DNA from: an uncultured Chloroflexia bacterium
GTDB taxonomy: Bacteria; Chloroflexota; Limnocylindria; QHBO01
Length of the DNA stretch: 64,000 nt
Assembly: GCA_963787025.1 (NCBI GenBank)
Contig: CAWBBG010000015.1
Coordinates: 32,990 to 96,989 of the forward strand
Direction of reading: 5' to 3'
Every line of letters starts with the position of its first letter. Positions within the stretch are counted from its first letter, which is position 1. Shown one piece after another: positions 62,184 to 64,000 of the stretch. The translations under genes were made by a program, and so were the position numbers. Under the pieces are notes generated by a model that worked only from the letters and a program-made list of their open reading frames with translations, searched no databases and was not told the origin of the DNA.

Positions 62184-63212
62184 CTAGCGACCCTCCGCGG
62201 CGTACACGTCGAGCTCCGCAGTGGCGGGATCCGGATCGGGTCGGGCCTCCGCGCGCCTGCTCGCCTCGTTGATCTCCGCCTTTACCTCGGCCCGCAGCCG
62301 CTCCTCGATCTCGTCGGTGAGGAGACCCGTCGCATGCAGCTCGGCGCCGAAGACGGTCACGGGATCCTGCCCCTTGAGCGCCTCCATCTCGGCGGGGTCC
62401 CGATAGCGGCGCTGGTCGTCGTCCGAAGAGTGGCTCGTGAGCCGGACGACCCGTGCCTCGATGAGGGTTGGTCCCTCGCCGTTGCGCGCTCGCTCGTGCG
62501 CCTCGCGTGCTGCGGCGTAGCAACCCAGCACGTCCCCGCCATCCACGGTGACGCCCGGGAACCCGTAGCCCTGGCCACGTGCCGCGACGGACTGGCCGGC
62601 GACCTGCCGGATGAGCGGGACGCTGATCGCGTAGCCGTTGTTCTCGCAGACGAAAATCACCGGCAGGTTGTGGACCCCGGCGAAGTTCATGGCCTCGTGG
62701 ATCTCGCCCTGGTTGGCGGTTCCCTCGCCGAAGTAGGTGATGGCCACGACGTCGTCGCCGCGGACCCAGGCGGCCATGGCGATGCCCACCGCGTGGAGCA
62801 CCTGGGTTCCGACCGGCGAGGAGACGCTCACGATGTTGTAGGGCGCCCCGCCATAGTGACCCGGCATCTGGCGCCCGGCCGAGCTTACGTCGTCGCCCTT
62901 GGCCAGGTGCGCGGTGATGATGTCCTCGGCGCTCATGCCGAAGGTCATGGTGGCCGCGATGGACCGATAGAAGGGCGCCATCCAGTCGTGGTTGCGGCGC
63001 ATCGGCCAGGTCACGCCCACCTGGGCCCCCTCATGGCCCTGGCCCGAGATGATGAATGCGATCTTGCCGGCCCGCTGCATCAGCCACATCCGCTCGTCGA
63101 CGGCCCTGGCCAGGAGCATCTGGCGATACATCGCCAGCACCTCCTCGTCCGAGAGCCCCAGCTGCCGATGTCGCGGTTCGGCGGCGACGTTGGCGTTGCT
63201 CACGCGTGGCAC
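62184..63212 (-). CDS. 2-oxoacid dehydrogenase E1 component alpha subunit (TPP-binding; pyruvate or branched-chain type)
   Basis: GQGHEGAQVG, YFGEGTANQGEIHEAMNFA, VCENNGYAIS. Confidence 0.9.
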   Translation of the reverse strand: MPRVSNANVAAEPRHRQLGLSDEEVLAMYRQMLLARAVDERMWLMQRAGKIAFIISGQGHEGAQVGVTWPMRRNHDWMAPFYRSIAATMTFGMSAEDIITAHLAKGDDVSSAGRQMPGHYGGAPYNIVSVSSPVGTQVLHAVGIAMAAWVRGDDVVAITYFGEGTANQGEIHEAMNFAGVHNLPVIFVCENNGYAISVPLIRQVAGQSVAARGQGYGFPGVTVDGGDVLGCYAAAREAHERARNGEGPTLIEARVVRLTSHSSDDDQRRYRDPAEMEALKGQDPVTVFGAELHATGLLTDEIEERLRAEVKAEINEASRRAEARPDPDPATAELDVYAAEGR

Positions 63213-63221
63213 CTCCGCTTT

Positions 63222-64000
63222 CTAGACGTGGATCGCCGCGCCGTCGACCGCCAGGGCCGCCTCGGCGAGCACTTCGGTGAGGGTCGGGTGGGCGTGCACG
63301 CTCATGGCGATCTCCCCGGTGGTCGCCTCGACCAGGCGGGCGAGTGTCGGCTCGGCGAGGAGGTCGCCGGCGTGCGGGCCAATGATGTGGGTACCCAGCA
63401 GCAGGCCGGTCTCGGCATCGGCGACCATCTTGGCGAAGCCGTCGACCTCGCCCACGATCGTCGCCTTGCCCAGGGCGCGGAACGGGAACGAGCCCACCTT
63501 GACCTGGCGGCCCTGCTCGGCTGCCTCCGCCTCCGTCAGGCCCACGGACGCGATCTGCGGACGGCAGAACGTGACCCGGGGCATGAGGTCCATGCGAACC
63601 GGCTCCGGGTCCAGGCCCGCGATCGTCTCGACGGCGACGACCGCCTCGTGGCTGGCGACGTGGGCCAATGCGAAGCCGGGGACCATGTCACCAATGGCGT
63701 AGAGATGAGGAACCCCGGTGCGCATCTGGCCGTCGACAATCACGTAGCCTCGTTCCATGCGCAGCCCGTCGATGCCCTCCAGGCCGATCCCCTCGGTGAG
63801 CGGCCGACGCCCGACCGCCACGAGGATCAGCTCGCTGCTGTGCTCGGTTCGCTGGCCGCCTTCGCGCGCCGCGATGGTGAAGGCCAGGCCGTCGTCGGTG
63901 CGCTTGATGGAGTCGGGATCGATGGTCGAGGCGGTGTGCGCCGTGATCCCGCGCTTGCGGAAAACGCGCGCGAGCTCCTTGCTGACGTCCGGATCCTCGA
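63222..64000 (-). CDS. lpd: dihydrolipoyl dehydrogenase (E3), C-terminal part; continues beyond the window end
   Basis: AVGRRP, YAIGD, HAHPTLTEV near the C-terminus. The reading frame is open to position 64000. Confidence 0.85.
   Translation of the reverse strand, partial: EDPDVSKELARVFRKRGITAHTASTIDPDSIKRTDDGLAFTIAAREGGQRTEHSSELILVAVGRRPLTEGIGLEGIDGLRMERGYVIVDGQMRTGVPHLYAIGDMVPGFALAHVASHEAVVAVETIAGLDPEPVRMDLMPRVTFCRPQIASVGLTEAEAAEQGRQVKVGSFPFRALGKATIVGEVDGFAKMVADAETGLLLGTHIIGPHAGDLLAEPTLARLVEATTGEIAMSVHAHPTLTEVLAEAALAVDGAAIHV

Noticed and set aside
59665-62187. 840-aa plus-strand ORF
   Set aside because: It is antisense to the E2 and E1 beta genes, which have unambiguous family motifs. The translation is Arg/Gly/Asp-rich and low in complexity.

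Overview
Very GC-rich bacterial chromosomal window, read by eye and from the supplied ORF track with no database searches. It has three parts.

(1) 1-5.9 kb is core-like. It holds a 2-oxoacid:ferredoxin oxidoreductase fragment with its ferredoxin subunit, a secreted CAP-domain protein, a MacB/FtsX-type ABC exporter and a PPC/DUF296 protein.

(2) 5.96-24.99 kb is a composite genomic island at tRNA-Arg(UCG). The island is bounded and subdivided by six copies of a ~95-170 bp repeat made of the tRNA upstream region plus the first 41 nt of the tRNA. Only the last copy (24913-24988) is a complete tRNA.
- The five units between the repeats carry, in order: a Fic protein; a VapBC pair; a second Fic protein; an S1 protease with a lipoprotein and a truncated integrase; and an ~11.9 kb element.
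- That large element carries an ECF sigma/anti-sigma pair, a paralogous lipoprotein, a papain-like peptidase, IS256 and IS481 copies, a replication-relaxation protein, an orphan secreted protein and an intact tyrosine integrase.
- The polarity is unusual, because the 5' half and the promoter side of the tRNA are duplicated. Three integrase-less single-cargo units sit between the repeats. These two points are the most notable observations.

(3) 25-64 kb is core metabolism:
- CBS protein, erythrin-VIT1 transporter, phosphoketolase plus acetate kinase.
- An ArsR-DsrE-TusA-DsrE-TusA-SQR sulfur module, a Zn-ADH, two tandem APC permeases and an MFS transporter.
- A DUF2089/DUF4097/SHOCT operon, a J-domain protein, AceE, HPr plus Enzyme I, and a DrrABC-like exporter.
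- LipB and LipA, and an E1alpha/E1beta/E2/E3 2-oxoacid dehydrogenase cluster.

Single-nucleotide frameshifts are very dense at 31.5-35.1 kb, with sporadic ones elsewhere. Long neighbouring genes are intact. This is either local assembly error or recent gene decay.

Many very long ORFs in the track are antisense artefacts of the high GC content. The track also uses GTG/TTG starts printed as M. No CRISPR array or rRNA was seen.
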